DNA of 64,000 nt from Patescibacteria group bacterium (GCA_049318005.1 JBMOHE010000003.1:5183-69182); one strand, 5' to 3'; numbered from the stretch's first letter, positions 7,490 through 17,152 are shown. Notes: generated from the sequence alone by a model not told the origin. Numbers and translations: made by a program.

Positions 7490-10400
7490 TTAAACTACTC
7501 GGAAAACTTCTTCAATGCTGGTTTCGCCATTTAAGGCTTTTAAAATACCATCTTGGAGCATCGAAATCGAGCCATCTTTAATAGATGCTTGCTCTACTTC
7601 AAAGTCAGTCGAATTTTCTTTTTGAATTAAAGTTTGAATTTCAGGAGTCATGGTAATTGTTTCATATAATCCTAAGCGTCCCTTATAACCAATCTTTCCA
7701 CATTTCTCGCAACCAACTCCGTGATAGAAAATTAATTTTTCAGGAATCTTAATTTCAGGATTATTTATCTGACCTAAAATATCTTGAACACGTTTTAAAT
7801 CTTCAGGGGATAATTCAACGGCCGCTTTGCAGTAAGGGCAGAGTTTTCGAACGAGACGCTGACCAATTGTAAATTCAATTGCATTGGCGAGTGTCTGTCT
7901 ATCAAGACCAAGGCCAGCAAAACGAGAAATCGCTCCAGCCGCGCTATTAGCATGGATAGTTGATAATACTAAGTGACCAGTTAAAGACGCTTCCATTGCA
8001 ATCTTAGCTGTTTCAGCATCACGGATTTCTCCTATCATCATGATATTAGGATTTTGACGAAGCAGAGAACGCATCGCTGCGGCAAAAGTATATCCGCCAG
8101 CTTCATCAATCTGAGTTTGCATGACGCCTGGTAGTTGATATTCAATCGGATCTTCAACGGTAATAATTTTTACATCCGGTTTATTTAATTTATTTAAGAT
8201 ACTATAAAGAGTCGTTGTTTTACCGCTACCGGTTGGACCAGTCGTAATAATAATACCGCGAGTTTTAGTCATCGCTTTCTCTAGCGCTTTAAGGGCGACT
8301 GAAGTAATACCTAATTTTTCCATTTCTAAATTAACCGCGTTAGTCGATAATAAGCGAATAACAATCGTTTCGCCGTAACCGCCAGCGATAATTGATAAAC
8401 GACAATCAAGCTTTTTATCAGGAAGATAAACACTAAAACGCCCATCAAAGGTTGCGCGTTTAATATTCGTAGCTTCGCCAGCTAGAATTTTTATTTCAGA
8501 TAATAATGGTAAGTAACTTGTTTTCGGTAGTTTCAAAATATCATGAAGCACACCATCAATACGGAAACGAATACTTACTTCTTTTTCAGTTGGCTCAATA
8601 TGAATATCGCCGGCATCATTAACAACCGCAAGGGCCATAACTAAATTAATCAATTCAGAGGTTGGGACTTCTTTGGCGTGTTCAGCAATTTTTTCTATAT
8701 TTTGGCTTAAATCTTTAGCCTTCGCATATTCTTCGGCTTTAATTTTAACACCACGACCAATAGTTTGAGAAATAACAATGTCGTAAAGTTCATTGATATA
8801 ATCAAAATTTCCAATTACTCGATAAACTTCCTCTAGTGATGTGCGACCCTCTATTACTTTCAAAACACCATCTTGAAGCATAGTTATCATTCCATTTTCA
8901 ATTGCTTGTTGAAGGATTTTAAATGAGGGAGCATTATCAATTGTTAATTGTTTTATCTTATCATCCATTGTAAATACTTCGTAGATTCCAAGACGGCCAT
9001 AATATCCTATAAAGTTGCAGGCCTCGCAACCAGCTCCGCCTTTATAAATTTTAGGAATAGTGGCTGGAATATTTAATCCCGCTTTTGGGGAAATAACCGC
9101 TAAAATTTTATTTATTTGTTCGCTTTCGTCATCATTTAAAACATGTTCTACTCGGCAATGTGGACAAACCTTTCTAAGAAGACGTTGGCCGATAACAGCA
9201 TTAATTGAAGGGACTAGAAAGTATGGCTTAACGCCCATATCAATTAACCGAGGAATTACTCCGGCAGCATCATTAGTATGAAGAGTTGATAGAACTAAAT
9301 GGCCAGTTAAAGATGCTTGAACAGCAATTTCCGCCGTTTCTAAATCACGAACTTCGCCAACCATAACAACGTTAGGATCTTGACGTAAGATAGAGCGTAA
9401 ACCGTCAGAAAAAGTATAGCCACGTTTTGTATCGACTTGGCTTTGGTTAATTCCTTTTAATTGATATTCAATTGGATCTTCGAGAGTAATTATTTTCGTG
9501 CCTGGTTGGTTAAGCTTGTTAATAACTGCGTATAAAGTAGTTGTTTTTCCGCTTCCAGTCGGACCGGTTGTTAGAATCAAGCCGTTTGGTTTGCTTATTT
9601 CTCTTTTTAAAATTGGAATTATTTCTGGACGAAAGCCTAATTCATCAAGGTCTAAAGAGGCGGTCGAGGAATCAAGCAAACGCATAACAACGCTCTCTCC
9701 GAAGGCAGTTGGCAGAAAAGAACTTCGAACATCTATATTCTTTTTTGATAAATGGATAGTATAGCGGCCATCTTGGGGCTTATCTTCAATATTAATTTTA
9801 ACGCGAGCTAGTATTTTCAAACGAGAAATAATTTTTTTCCATTTATCACGATTAATAATAGCCGCTTCTTGTAAAACGCCATCAATTCTTAATCTTATAA
9901 CAACGCCGGTTTCTTCAGCCTCAATATGGACATCACTCGCCCTAACTTTTAAAGCTGTCGCTAAAATTAAAGTAATGACATCGCTAATATTAACATCGTT
10001 TATTTTATCGTTTAAACTTTTATAACTTGAAATGTCGGCTTTAAATTGTTCAAGGCTAGCCTCGCTAATTTCGATGCCGCTATCATAACGTTTTACTTTT
10101 GGTACATTGGCGTATTCTTCAAGCGCGCGATCAAGGCTATTTTTTGAAATTAAATATATTTTTCCGGCCGCAAAATACTGTTCAGTTAAACGTTCAAGCT
10201 CGCTCTCTGTTCCAATAGTCTTTTCTAAACATCCGAGTCTAATATTTTTACCATCATAGTAGAAGCAAACCAGATTAAGTTCGCGAGCCACGTCTTCTGG
10301 TATTAAAACAATCGCATCTGGGCTTACCGGGAAACTAGCTAAATTAACATAATCAAGACAAAGCAGCTTCGCCTGCTTTTCTGTTTGTTTTTCTATTTCC

Positions 10401-10501
10401 TTGAGTTTAATTTCGGTTTGCTTTTTAGCAAAACGACCGGTGACACTTTCTTCGTCATCGGTCGGATTAATCAAGTTTTTTATTGAAGCTAAATCGCTCA
10501 T
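7490..10501 (-). CDS. Tandem-duplicated type II/IV secretion (PilB/GspE-like) ATPase, 1003 aa
   Basis: There are two complete ATPase modules in one ORF. Walker A GPTGSGKTTTLY occurs at nt 9542-9565 and 8216-8239. Asp box ITLEDPIEY and ITVEDPIEY. His box GHLVLSTLHTN and GHLVLSTIHAN. Tetracysteine motifs CPHC...CEAC and CPYC...CEKC. An N-terminal T2SSE_N-like region is present. Confidence 0.9.
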   Translation of the reverse strand: MSDLASIKNLINPTDDEESVTGRFAKKQTEIKLKEIEKQTEKQAKLLCLDYVNLASFPVSPDAIVLIPEDVARELNLVCFYYDGKNIRLGCLEKTIGTESELERLTEQYFAAGKIYLISKNSLDRALEEYANVPKVKRYDSGIEISEASLEQFKADISSYKSLNDKINDVNISDVITLILATALKVRASDVHIEAEETGVVIRLRIDGVLQEAAIINRDKWKKIISRLKILARVKINIEDKPQDGRYTIHLSKKNIDVRSSFLPTAFGESVVMRLLDSSTASLDLDELGFRPEIIPILKREISKPNGLILTTGPTGSGKTTTLYAVINKLNQPGTKIITLEDPIEYQLKGINQSQVDTKRGYTFSDGLRSILRQDPNVVMVGEVRDLETAEIAVQASLTGHLVLSTLHTNDAAGVIPRLIDMGVKPYFLVPSINAVIGQRLLRKVCPHCRVEHVLNDDESEQINKILAVISPKAGLNIPATIPKIYKGGAGCEACNFIGYYGRLGIYEVFTMDDKIKQLTIDNAPSFKILQQAIENGMITMLQDGVLKVIEGRTSLEEVYRVIGNFDYINELYDIVISQTIGRGVKIKAEEYAKAKDLSQNIEKIAEHAKEVPTSELINLVMALAVVNDAGDIHIEPTEKEVSIRFRIDGVLHDILKLPKTSYLPLLSEIKILAGEATNIKRATFDGRFSVYLPDKKLDCRLSIIAGGYGETIVIRLLSTNAVNLEMEKLGITSVALKALEKAMTKTRGIIITTGPTGSGKTTTLYSILNKLNKPDVKIITVEDPIEYQLPGVMQTQIDEAGGYTFAAAMRSLLRQNPNIMMIGEIRDAETAKIAMEASLTGHLVLSTIHANSAAGAISRFAGLGLDRQTLANAIEFTIGQRLVRKLCPYCKAAVELSPEDLKRVQDILGQINNPEIKIPEKLIFYHGVGCEKCGKIGYKGRLGLYETITMTPEIQTLIQKENSTDFEVEQASIKDGSISMLQDGILKALNGETSIEEVFRVV

Positions 10502-10504
10502 AGT

Positions 10505-11482
10505 CTATTTTTTTTGGAATATTCTTTCTAATTTAGCAGTAGCATTATTCTCCTTTAAATGTAAATATAAATCAGTCCAGACGGTAATTTGAAAAGTTGT
10601 TAGAATTGATCCAAAGGTTACTATAAATACTAAACATAAAAATAGAACTAGGAAGCTTAGCCAAGTTAGTGAGAAAATAAGACTTAGCCAAAGGAAAGGG
10701 AAGAAAATAATGGCAGCAATAATAAGAATAAGGGCGGTTGAGACAAAGCTTATGATAAAAAGAATTAGAGCAATCTCTAAACTGATTAGCCAGTTCTTCT
10801 TGAAAATTGAATAAGCCTTTTCCATTGATTGAACTAAGCTTTTATTTTCTAAAACGCGACAAGAGATTGCGTATTTTATAATCAAAGATAAAGAGACTGA
10901 CACAGGAACAAAGATTACAAACAAAATAGTATAAGCAATAACAAATGCATAGTTAGTGCTCATAACCATGAATAACAAAGGTAGACTGATAATAAAGAAG
11001 GCAAAGCTAATTAAAAGCTTTATCAAAATATTTAAACCTAAAACTGACCAAAAATGGGTATTGCCAATAGTTAAACCCTCACGAACTGTTAAATTCGAAA
11101 TTTTCTTTTTGCTACTTAATATTTTTTTGACATTATCAACTAGAGCGGCTTGAGAACTTATTGCTAGCCAGACAAAAACAGCTATTAAAGTTAGTGTTAA
11201 CAATAGAATTGTTATGGCATTAATAATGACAAGAAAGTTCTGGCCAGCTAAATTAATGATTCCAAACCAAACTAGTTGGCAGAACTCATTAATGGCTAGT
11301 AAGGTATTTAGACCTTGGTAAGAGCTATCTATAATTCCTTGGCCAAAGGTTTGAGTTATAAACTGGTATTCCATTGATCCGCCAGCGATTGCTAGTGACG
11401 CAAAAAGGCCAAAAAACCATAAATATTTATGATTCCAGACGATTGACCAGGCCTGTTTTAAAATTGAGCGATAAGAGAGCAT
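10505..11482 (-). CDS. Polytopic membrane protein, unknown function
   Basis: Multiple long hydrophobic segments. The stop lies 3 nt upstream of the pilB-like start, suggesting the same operon. Confidence 0.6.
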   Translation of the reverse strand: MLSYRSILKQAWSIVWNHKYLWFFGLFASLAIAGGSMEYQFITQTFGQGIIDSSYQGLNTLLAINEFCQLVWFGIINLAGQNFLVIINAITILLLTLTLIAVFVWLAISSQAALVDNVKKILSSKKKISNLTVREGLTIGNTHFWSVLGLNILIKLLISFAFFIISLPLLFMVMSTNYAFVIAYTILFVIFVPVSVSLSLIIKYAISCRVLENKSLVQSMEKAYSIFKKNWLISLEIALILFIISFVSTALILIIAAIIFFPFLWLSLIFSLTWLSFLVLFLCLVFIVTFGSILTTFQITVWTDLYLHLKENNATAKLERIFQKK

Positions 11483-11593
11483 ATGTTTTAAATTAATTGA
11501 AAAACTTAATAAAGTCTGATATTATTATAACATAATTTTATAATTAGTACCAAATAATAAAGCTCTAATTCAGAGTATTTTTAATATTTTTTT

Positions 11594-13294
11594 ATGTCGA
11601 CAGTTTTAGATAATTTAAAAAAGCAGATTTCTGACGAATTGAAACTAAAAAAAGCAATTTTTTCATATCCTCCTAGTGTCGATTTGGGAGATTTGAGTTT
11701 GGCTTGTTTTGAAATAGCCAAAGAGCAGAAATTAAATCCCGCTGAAGCGGCTAAAAATTTAGAGTTAAGGTTAAAAAGTAAAAAAAAGTTAAAAAAATAT
11801 TTTAGTGAAATAAAAGCGACTGGCCCATATTTAAATTTCTTTATAAATCCTGGATATTTAGCTAATCGAGTGATAACCAGAATAAAAAAAGATAAGAATA
11901 AATATGGTTTCAATAAATCAGGTAAATTAAAGAGGGTAATGATTGAGTATTCAAATGGCAATACTCACAAAGAGTATCACGTTGGTCATCTTCGAAATAT
12001 TTCCTACGGAGATTCTGTTAGTCGTTTATTTTCAGCCAATGGTTATAAAGCGATGCCTGTTTCATATATAAATGACTTTGGTATTCACGTCGCTAAAACC
12101 ATCTGGAACTGGCAAAGAGATAAAAAATATGAAAATAGCTATGAAAATAAGGGTTATCTACTCGGTAAATGTTATAGTGAGGCAGCCCAAGAACTAATAA
12201 GCCGCCCTGAACATAAAGAAAGAGTCATCTCTATTATGAAGGAAATAGAAAGCCGTCGTGGTAAGTCTTACGATTTATGGAAAGAAACTCGTTCTTGGAG
12301 CATAAATTATTTCGGAGCTATCTATAATGAGCTGGGAATTAAGTTTGACCATATTTTCTATGAGAGCGAGTTTATTGATGCGGGCTTAAAATTAGTCTCA
12401 GAATTAACTGCCTCGGGAGAACTTGTTAAGAGCGAGGGGGCAATTATCGCTAATTTAGAAAAATATAATTTAGGAGTCTTGCCAATTATAAGAACAGACG
12501 GGACGGCTCTTTATCCCGTCGCCGATTTTGCCTTGGCTCAAGAAAAATTCAAAAAATATAAAGTGGAAGAATCAATTTACGTGGTTGATGTTAGACAGGG
12601 TCTATATTTTCAGCAACTAGCCAAAATTTTTGAATTAATTGGCTATAAGCAGAAAATAAAACATTTAGGATATGACTTTGTTACCTTGCCGGACGGCATG
12701 ATGTCTTCTCGAACGGGGAATGTTATTACTTATGAAGAATTAAAAACCAAAATTTTTGAAAAGTTAAACGCTGAAACAAGATCGCGCCATGAAGATTGGA
12801 CAGATGACAGAGTTAAACAAGTCGCCTGGAACTTAACGGTTTCAACTATAAAATTTGAAATGCTTAAAGTTAGCGCTGATAAGATTATTGTTTTTAATTT
12901 TGAGGAAGCTTTGCGGTTTGATGGTTTTACGGCCTGTTATTTACAATATGGTTATGTCCGTTTGAAAAGTATTATTCGCCGTGAAGGCTTTAATTTTCTT
13001 GCCCCGGCACTCAATTTAAATGACCTAAAAGAGGCTAAAGAAAAAGAGTTGTTATTGAAATTGGCTCGTTACTCTGAAGTCATAAAAATTGCTAGTGAAA
13101 AAAATAATCCGAGCGAACTTGCTAAATATTTATTTGAGCTGGTACAATTATTCAACGATTATTATCATAATATCAACATTTTAAAATCTGAACCAAGAAC
13201 ACGTCGAGCCCGATTAGCCCTAGCTAAAGCGATCGCGCAGGTTATAGGTAACGGCTTTGACATTTTAGGTCTTAAAACAATTGAAGAAATGTAA
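11594..13294 (+). CDS. argS: Arginine--tRNA ligase
   Basis: Class I HIGH motif HVGHLRN, and the length and C-terminal anticodon-binding region typical of ArgRS. Confidence 0.9.
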   Translation: MSTVLDNLKKQISDELKLKKAIFSYPPSVDLGDLSLACFEIAKEQKLNPAEAAKNLELRLKSKKKLKKYFSEIKATGPYLNFFINPGYLANRVITRIKKDKNKYGFNKSGKLKRVMIEYSNGNTHKEYHVGHLRNISYGDSVSRLFSANGYKAMPVSYINDFGIHVAKTIWNWQRDKKYENSYENKGYLLGKCYSEAAQELISRPEHKERVISIMKEIESRRGKSYDLWKETRSWSINYFGAIYNELGIKFDHIFYESEFIDAGLKLVSELTASGELVKSEGAIIANLEKYNLGVLPIIRTDGTALYPVADFALAQEKFKKYKVEESIYVVDVRQGLYFQQLAKIFELIGYKQKIKHLGYDFVTLPDGMMSSRTGNVITYEELKTKIFEKLNAETRSRHEDWTDDRVKQVAWNLTVSTIKFEMLKVSADKIIVFNFEEALRFDGFTACYLQYGYVRLKSIIRREGFNFLAPALNLNDLKEAKEKELLLKLARYSEVIKIASEKNNPSELAKYLFELVQLFNDYYHNINILKSEPRTRRARLALAKAIAQVIGNGFDILGLKTIEEM

Positions 13295-13321
13295 ACTAAC
13301 TAGGAATTATAAAATAACTAT

Positions 13322-14710
13322 ATGAAGAAAAACGAAAAAGATAATCTGATGGATAAAATTGTATCGCTTTGTAAGCGTCGTGGTTTTGTTTTTCCATCTT
13401 CAGAAATTTATGATGGCTTTGCGGCTGTTTATGATATGGGGCCATACGGAGTGGAACTCGCAAATAATATTAAGAAAGAATGGTGGAGGGCTATGACTCA
13501 AGTTCGAGATGATATTGTTGGGCTTGATTCAGCAATTTTTATGAGCCCTAGAGTTTGGGAGGCATCTGGTCATGTAAAAGGTTTTTCTGATCCACTAACT
13601 GAATGTAAAAAATGCCATGGTCGTTTACGTCTTGATACTTTATTAGAAGAAGCCGGAATAATGGCGGATGAAAAAATGAGCGAAGAAGAAATTAATCAAA
13701 TTTTTTCTGATAATAAAGATAAAATTAAATGCCCATCATGTGGCGGACAAGATTTTACTCCTGGAAAAAAGTTTAATTTATTAGTTCAATCTAATTTAGG
13801 AAATTTTACGAGTGACTGGACTAAAGATCCAACTTATTTACGTGGCGAAACTTGCCAAGGTATTTATACTAACTATAAAAATGTTTTAGATTCAACTCGT
13901 GTTAAGATTCCGTTTGGCATTGCTCAAATTGGTAAAGCTTTTAGAAATGAAATTACGGCTCGTCAATTTATTTTTCGTACTCGTGAGTTTGAACAAATGG
14001 AAATGCAATATTTCGTTAAAGAAGAGGGCGAGATGGAACATTATGACGCTTGGAGAAAAACTAGATGGAATTTTTATTTGGATTTAGGTTTCAAAGAAGA
14101 AAATTTAAAATGGCATAAACATGAAAATTTAGTTTTTTATGCTAAAGAAGCTTATGATATTGAATATAATTTTCCATTTGGGTTTAAGGAGCTAGAAGGT
14201 ATTCATGCACGTGGAGATTATGATCTATCAGTTCATAGTAAGGCGTCAGGAAAAGAATTAAATTATCTAGACCCAGTTACTAACGAAAAATTTATTCCAC
14301 ATATCGTTGAAACTTCAGTCGGCGTTGGCAGAACTTTTTTAGCAGCGTTAACAGAATTTTATAGAGAGGAAGAAATGGAAGGAGATACTAGAATTGTTTT
14401 AGCTTTTCCGCCAAAGTTAGCCCCAATTAAAGTGGCTGTTTTCCCGTTATTAAAAAATAAACCAGAATTAGTTGCTAAGGCGCGTGAAGTTTTTGATTCG
14501 CTTAAGAAAAATTGGCGCTGTGAATTTGATGACAATGGTAATATTGGAAAACGTTATCGTCGTCAAGATGAAATTGGTACTCCTTATTGTGTAACTATCG
14601 ATTTCGAAAGTTTAGATAATAATGAAGTAACAATTCGTCATCGCGATGAGATGACGCAAGAAAGAATAAAAATTTCTGAGCTTGAAGAATATTTCCGCTT
14701 AAAAATTTAA
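13322..14710 (+). CDS. glyQS: Glycine--tRNA ligase (dimeric class II type)
   Basis: Class II motifs FRNEITARQFIFRTREFEQMEMQYF and ETSVGVGR, with a C-terminal anticodon-binding domain. Confidence 0.9.
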   Translation: MKKNEKDNLMDKIVSLCKRRGFVFPSSEIYDGFAAVYDMGPYGVELANNIKKEWWRAMTQVRDDIVGLDSAIFMSPRVWEASGHVKGFSDPLTECKKCHGRLRLDTLLEEAGIMADEKMSEEEINQIFSDNKDKIKCPSCGGQDFTPGKKFNLLVQSNLGNFTSDWTKDPTYLRGETCQGIYTNYKNVLDSTRVKIPFGIAQIGKAFRNEITARQFIFRTREFEQMEMQYFVKEEGEMEHYDAWRKTRWNFYLDLGFKEENLKWHKHENLVFYAKEAYDIEYNFPFGFKELEGIHARGDYDLSVHSKASGKELNYLDPVTNEKFIPHIVETSVGVGRTFLAALTEFYREEEMEGDTRIVLAFPPKLAPIKVAVFPLLKNKPELVAKAREVFDSLKKNWRCEFDDNGNIGKRYRRQDEIGTPYCVTIDFESLDNNEVTIRHRDEMTQERIKISELEEYFRLKI

Positions 14711-14762
14711 AAATAAAAATAGAAAAATAAAATTTAAAATATCTACTCAAGGTGTAATAAAC

Positions 14763-14801
14763 AAAAATTCTTAGCCGCAAAATAAGCTAAGAATTTTTTT
14801 T
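14763..14801 (+). terminator. Rho-independent terminator after glyQS
   Basis: aaaaattcttagc/gctaagaattttt stem with a 10-nt loop, then a T-run. Confidence 0.75.
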
Positions 14802-14823
14802 ATCTAAAAAAGCGAAAAAAGTA

Positions 14824-14852
14824 TTGCTACTTAAAACTATTAGTTGTATAAT
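14824..14852 (+). promoter_or_regulatory. Putative promoter of the histone-like gene
   Basis: TTGCTA, a 17-nt spacer, then TATAAT. Confidence 0.5.
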
Positions 14853-14933
14853 AAATATAGAAGATAAAAAATTATATAAAAAATTTTTTTTCAAAATAAA
14901 AATTTTAATTTACTTACGAAAGGGGGTGAGTTT

Positions 14934-15104
14934 ATGAAAAAGAAAACTGCTAAAAAAGTTGTAAAAAAAGTTGCAGCTAAAAAACCAGCTAAGAAAGTTG
15001 TAAAGAAGGCTGTTAAAAAAGTTGTAAAAAAAGTTGCAGCTAAAAAACCAGCTAAAAAAGTTGTAAAAAAGGCTGTTAAAAAAGTTGCAAAGAAAAAGAA
15101 ATAA
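14934..15104 (+). CDS. Lys/Ala/Val-rich histone H1-like DNA-binding protein (56 aa); below the ORF-track size cutoff
   Basis: Hand translation gives MKKKTAKKVVKKVAAKKPAKKVVKKAVKKVVKKVAAKKPAKKVVKKAVKKVAKKKK*. A strong SD (aaagggggtg) lies 6 nt upstream, with a promoter before and a terminator after. Confidence 0.7.
   Translation: MKKKTAKKVVKKVAAKKPAKKVVKKAVKKVVKKVAAKKPAKKVVKKAVKKVAKKKK
14952..15077 (+). repeat. 2 x 63-nt in-frame tandem repeat inside the histone-like gene
   Basis: Units 14952-15014 and 15015-15077 differ only at a few synonymous aag/aaa positions. Each encodes KKVVKKVAAKKPAKKVVKKAV. Confidence 0.85.
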
Positions 15105-15166
15105 AATTAATTAAAATTTATTAGTATTTTATTAGTAAATTTTATTATTTTAAAAATTATACAAAA

Positions 15167-15196
15167 AGCGTTCTGCGGAATCAGAGCGTTTTTTGT
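15167..15196 (+). terminator. Terminator after the histone-like gene
   Basis: agcgttctg/cagagcgtt stem (9 bp including 2 G-U pairs) followed by a T-run. Confidence 0.6.
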
Positions 15197-15218
15197 ATTA
15201 AAAAATATTTTGGATATG

Positions 15219-15248
15219 AAAAGAGGCTGTTCGGAATTGAACAGCCTC
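15219..15248 (-). terminator. Terminator of the minus-strand 246-aa gene
   Basis: 10-bp perfect stem gaggctgttc/gaacagcctc with a 6-nt loop, and a T-run on the minus strand. Confidence 0.6.
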
Positions 15249-15269
15249 GGCGTCTTTTTGTTTCGACAA

Positions 15270-16010
15270 TTAGCTGAATGCTTTTTTTAAAATAAGTGGA
15301 AAGCGATTGCCGAATCGATTTGATTCTGTGGCCGGCTCAACTTTCTTTACAACTTTTTTTAATTCAAGCTTCGACTCATTCTTCGAATCATTGATTTTGT
15401 AAACGATTTTTTTCGCCACAGTTAATTTTACTTCGGCTTCGGGCTTGTTGATAACTGTTCGCGGCTTAATTTCGTCAAAGCGAATTACTTTCTCTGTCTC
15501 AGGAATAGTAACTTCATTTTTTGATCCAGTGGCGGTTGTTCCTAAGCGAAGAATGTTTTTTGCTTCGTGCAATTTTTCTCCTGTTTCTTCGATGTCAATG
15601 ATAATCGTTTTTTCTCCACTGAGAAGGCAAACTTTTTCTTTGATGATTACCTTCGCTACGATTTCATTTCCGAAGGCGCTTTCAGTTACTAAAAAGTGAC
15701 GGATTACGCTTGGGCGTAGTTTGTTATCAGGCATTCGAACCGGGAAGTCGCCGTGAACATAATGACTATCAAGATCTGTCATTGTAAGTTTACTTAAGCT
15801 TTCGTCAATAAAGACCACGATCTTATGCTCAGGGATTAACTTGAGATATTTTGCATCTTTTCTTGGGATGCTTACTCTCACTAATTCGGCCGTCATGATT
15901 TCTTTAAAAACGGAGCTAATATAAGTGCGTTCATGTTTTTTGGCTAAATTCATTGCCAATTCAATTTTCTCCAGTACTTCAGTACTTGCCGTTACGGTGT
16001 TTGATTTCAT
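15270..16010 (-). CDS. Hypothetical protein (246 aa)
   Basis: Long ORF with a terminator downstream. I recognise no motif. Confidence 0.55.
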   Translation of the reverse strand: MKSNTVTASTEVLEKIELAMNLAKKHERTYISSVFKEIMTAELVRVSIPRKDAKYLKLIPEHKIVVFIDESLSKLTMTDLDSHYVHGDFPVRMPDNKLRPSVIRHFLVTESAFGNEIVAKVIIKEKVCLLSGEKTIIIDIEETGEKLHEAKNILRLGTTATGSKNEVTIPETEKVIRFDEIKPRTVINKPEAEVKLTVAKKIVYKINDSKNESKLELKKVVKKVEPATESNRFGNRFPLILKKAFS

Positions 16011-16214
16011 GTCTAATTTTTTTTATGGATTTTAATATTATTTTTTTAAACTACTATTTCCCAGAACTTAAAACTAATTAAGTCTAGGAAAGATAATTAT
16101 ACATCTTTTTTAATGTTTTGTCAAGGGTTGAATCTATGTCTTTAGATTATCTTTATCGCCAATAGCATATACTTACTATAATTCATAAAATTTATTTAAT
16201 ATTAGTATAATATT

Positions 16215-17039
16215 ATGAAAAAAGCAGCAATATATGTATTTATCGTGATTATTTCTATTAGTCTTGTACTATTTTCAATTTCTATGTTCTCGGGGCTATT
16301 TAAGCAAAAAACCGGAGTTATTTTTTTTGATGTTGGTCAGGGAGATTCGGCTCTCATAAAATTACCTAATAATAAAGTTATATTAATAGATGGAGGTCCG
16401 GACAAGCTTGTTATAAATCGCTTAGGCAAAGAGCTTCCGTATTTTAAGAGAGTAATTAATTATCTTATTATTAGCCATTTTCATGATGACCACGTTATCG
16501 GTTTTTTAGAACTAATCAAGCGCTATAAGGTTAAAAATATAATATATATAGAAGAGTCCGAGAAGCCAATTATTATAAAGGATTTGTTAAATCTAGCCAA
16601 GAAAGAAGGGGTCAATCTTATTCCCCTAAAAGATACATTAATAATAGACTATTCTTCAGACTGTTCTCTTAAGTTGATAAATCCAGAAATATTAGAGGTC
16701 CCCGATGATCCAAATAACTCGATTATAACAAAATTTAACTGCAGGGGAATTAAAGCGCTTTTTACTGGTGATAATCCGGAAAAGGTTGAGAAAGCTCTAA
16801 TAAACAAGGGAATTGATTTAAGCTCTGATGTCTTCAAGGCCTCTCATCATGGCTCTAAAAGTGCTAATAGTGAAGACTTTTTAAGGGCGATTGGTTTAAA
16901 ATTGCTTATTATTTCGGTTGGAGTTGATAATCGTTTTGGTCATCCCAGTTTTGATGTTTTAGATAGAGCAAAATACTTAAATATAACAATAAAAAGGACG
17001 GACGAGCTTGGCTCTATTAGAATCTCTGGTGGCGATTAA
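16215..17039 (+). CDS. ComEC/Rec2-related metallo-beta-lactamase domain protein with an N-terminal TM anchor
   Basis: An N-terminal hydrophobic helix is followed by FFDVGQGDSALI, HFHDDHVIG and ASHHGS, as in the C-terminal MBL domain of ComEC. Confidence 0.75.
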   Translation: MKKAAIYVFIVIISISLVLFSISMFSGLFKQKTGVIFFDVGQGDSALIKLPNNKVILIDGGPDKLVINRLGKELPYFKRVINYLIISHFHDDHVIGFLELIKRYKVKNIIYIEESEKPIIIKDLLNLAKKEGVNLIPLKDTLIIDYSSDCSLKLINPEILEVPDDPNNSIITKFNCRGIKALFTGDNPEKVEKALINKGIDLSSDVFKASHHGSKSANSEDFLRAIGLKLLIISVGVDNRFGHPSFDVLDRAKYLNITIKRTDELGSIRISGGD

Positions 17040-17056
17040 ACAAAGCTCAAAAAGTG

Positions 17057-17085
17057 TTGACAGATAGATTTAAATATGATACTAT
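17057..17085 (+). promoter_or_regulatory. Putative promoter
   Basis: TTGACA, a 17-nt spacer, then TACTAT, with an overlapping TATAAT 3 nt later. It lies inside the non-ATG N-terminal extension proposed by the ORF track. Confidence 0.4.
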
Positions 17086-17152
17086 AATTTATCAAAGAAT
17101 AACTTTGATTTGTAAATTAAAAATTAATATTCACCAAAAAAATAAGAAAATC

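Noticed and set aside
14952-15077. Tandem repeats (here and at 20051-20093) as possible CRISPR or minisatellite arrays.
   Set aside because: The repeats are contiguous without spacers, in frame and inside coding sequences. No repeat-spacer periodicity or cas genes occur anywhere in the window.
17054-17152. Non-ATG N-terminal extensions proposed by the ORF track (17054, 18236, 20033, 22585, 41255, 52889).
   Set aside because: In each case an in-frame ATG slightly downstream gives a canonical N-terminus (a signal peptide, MIITWQGHS, or MscL/GyrA-like starts). The extension overlaps a promoter-like element or the upstream gene's stop region.
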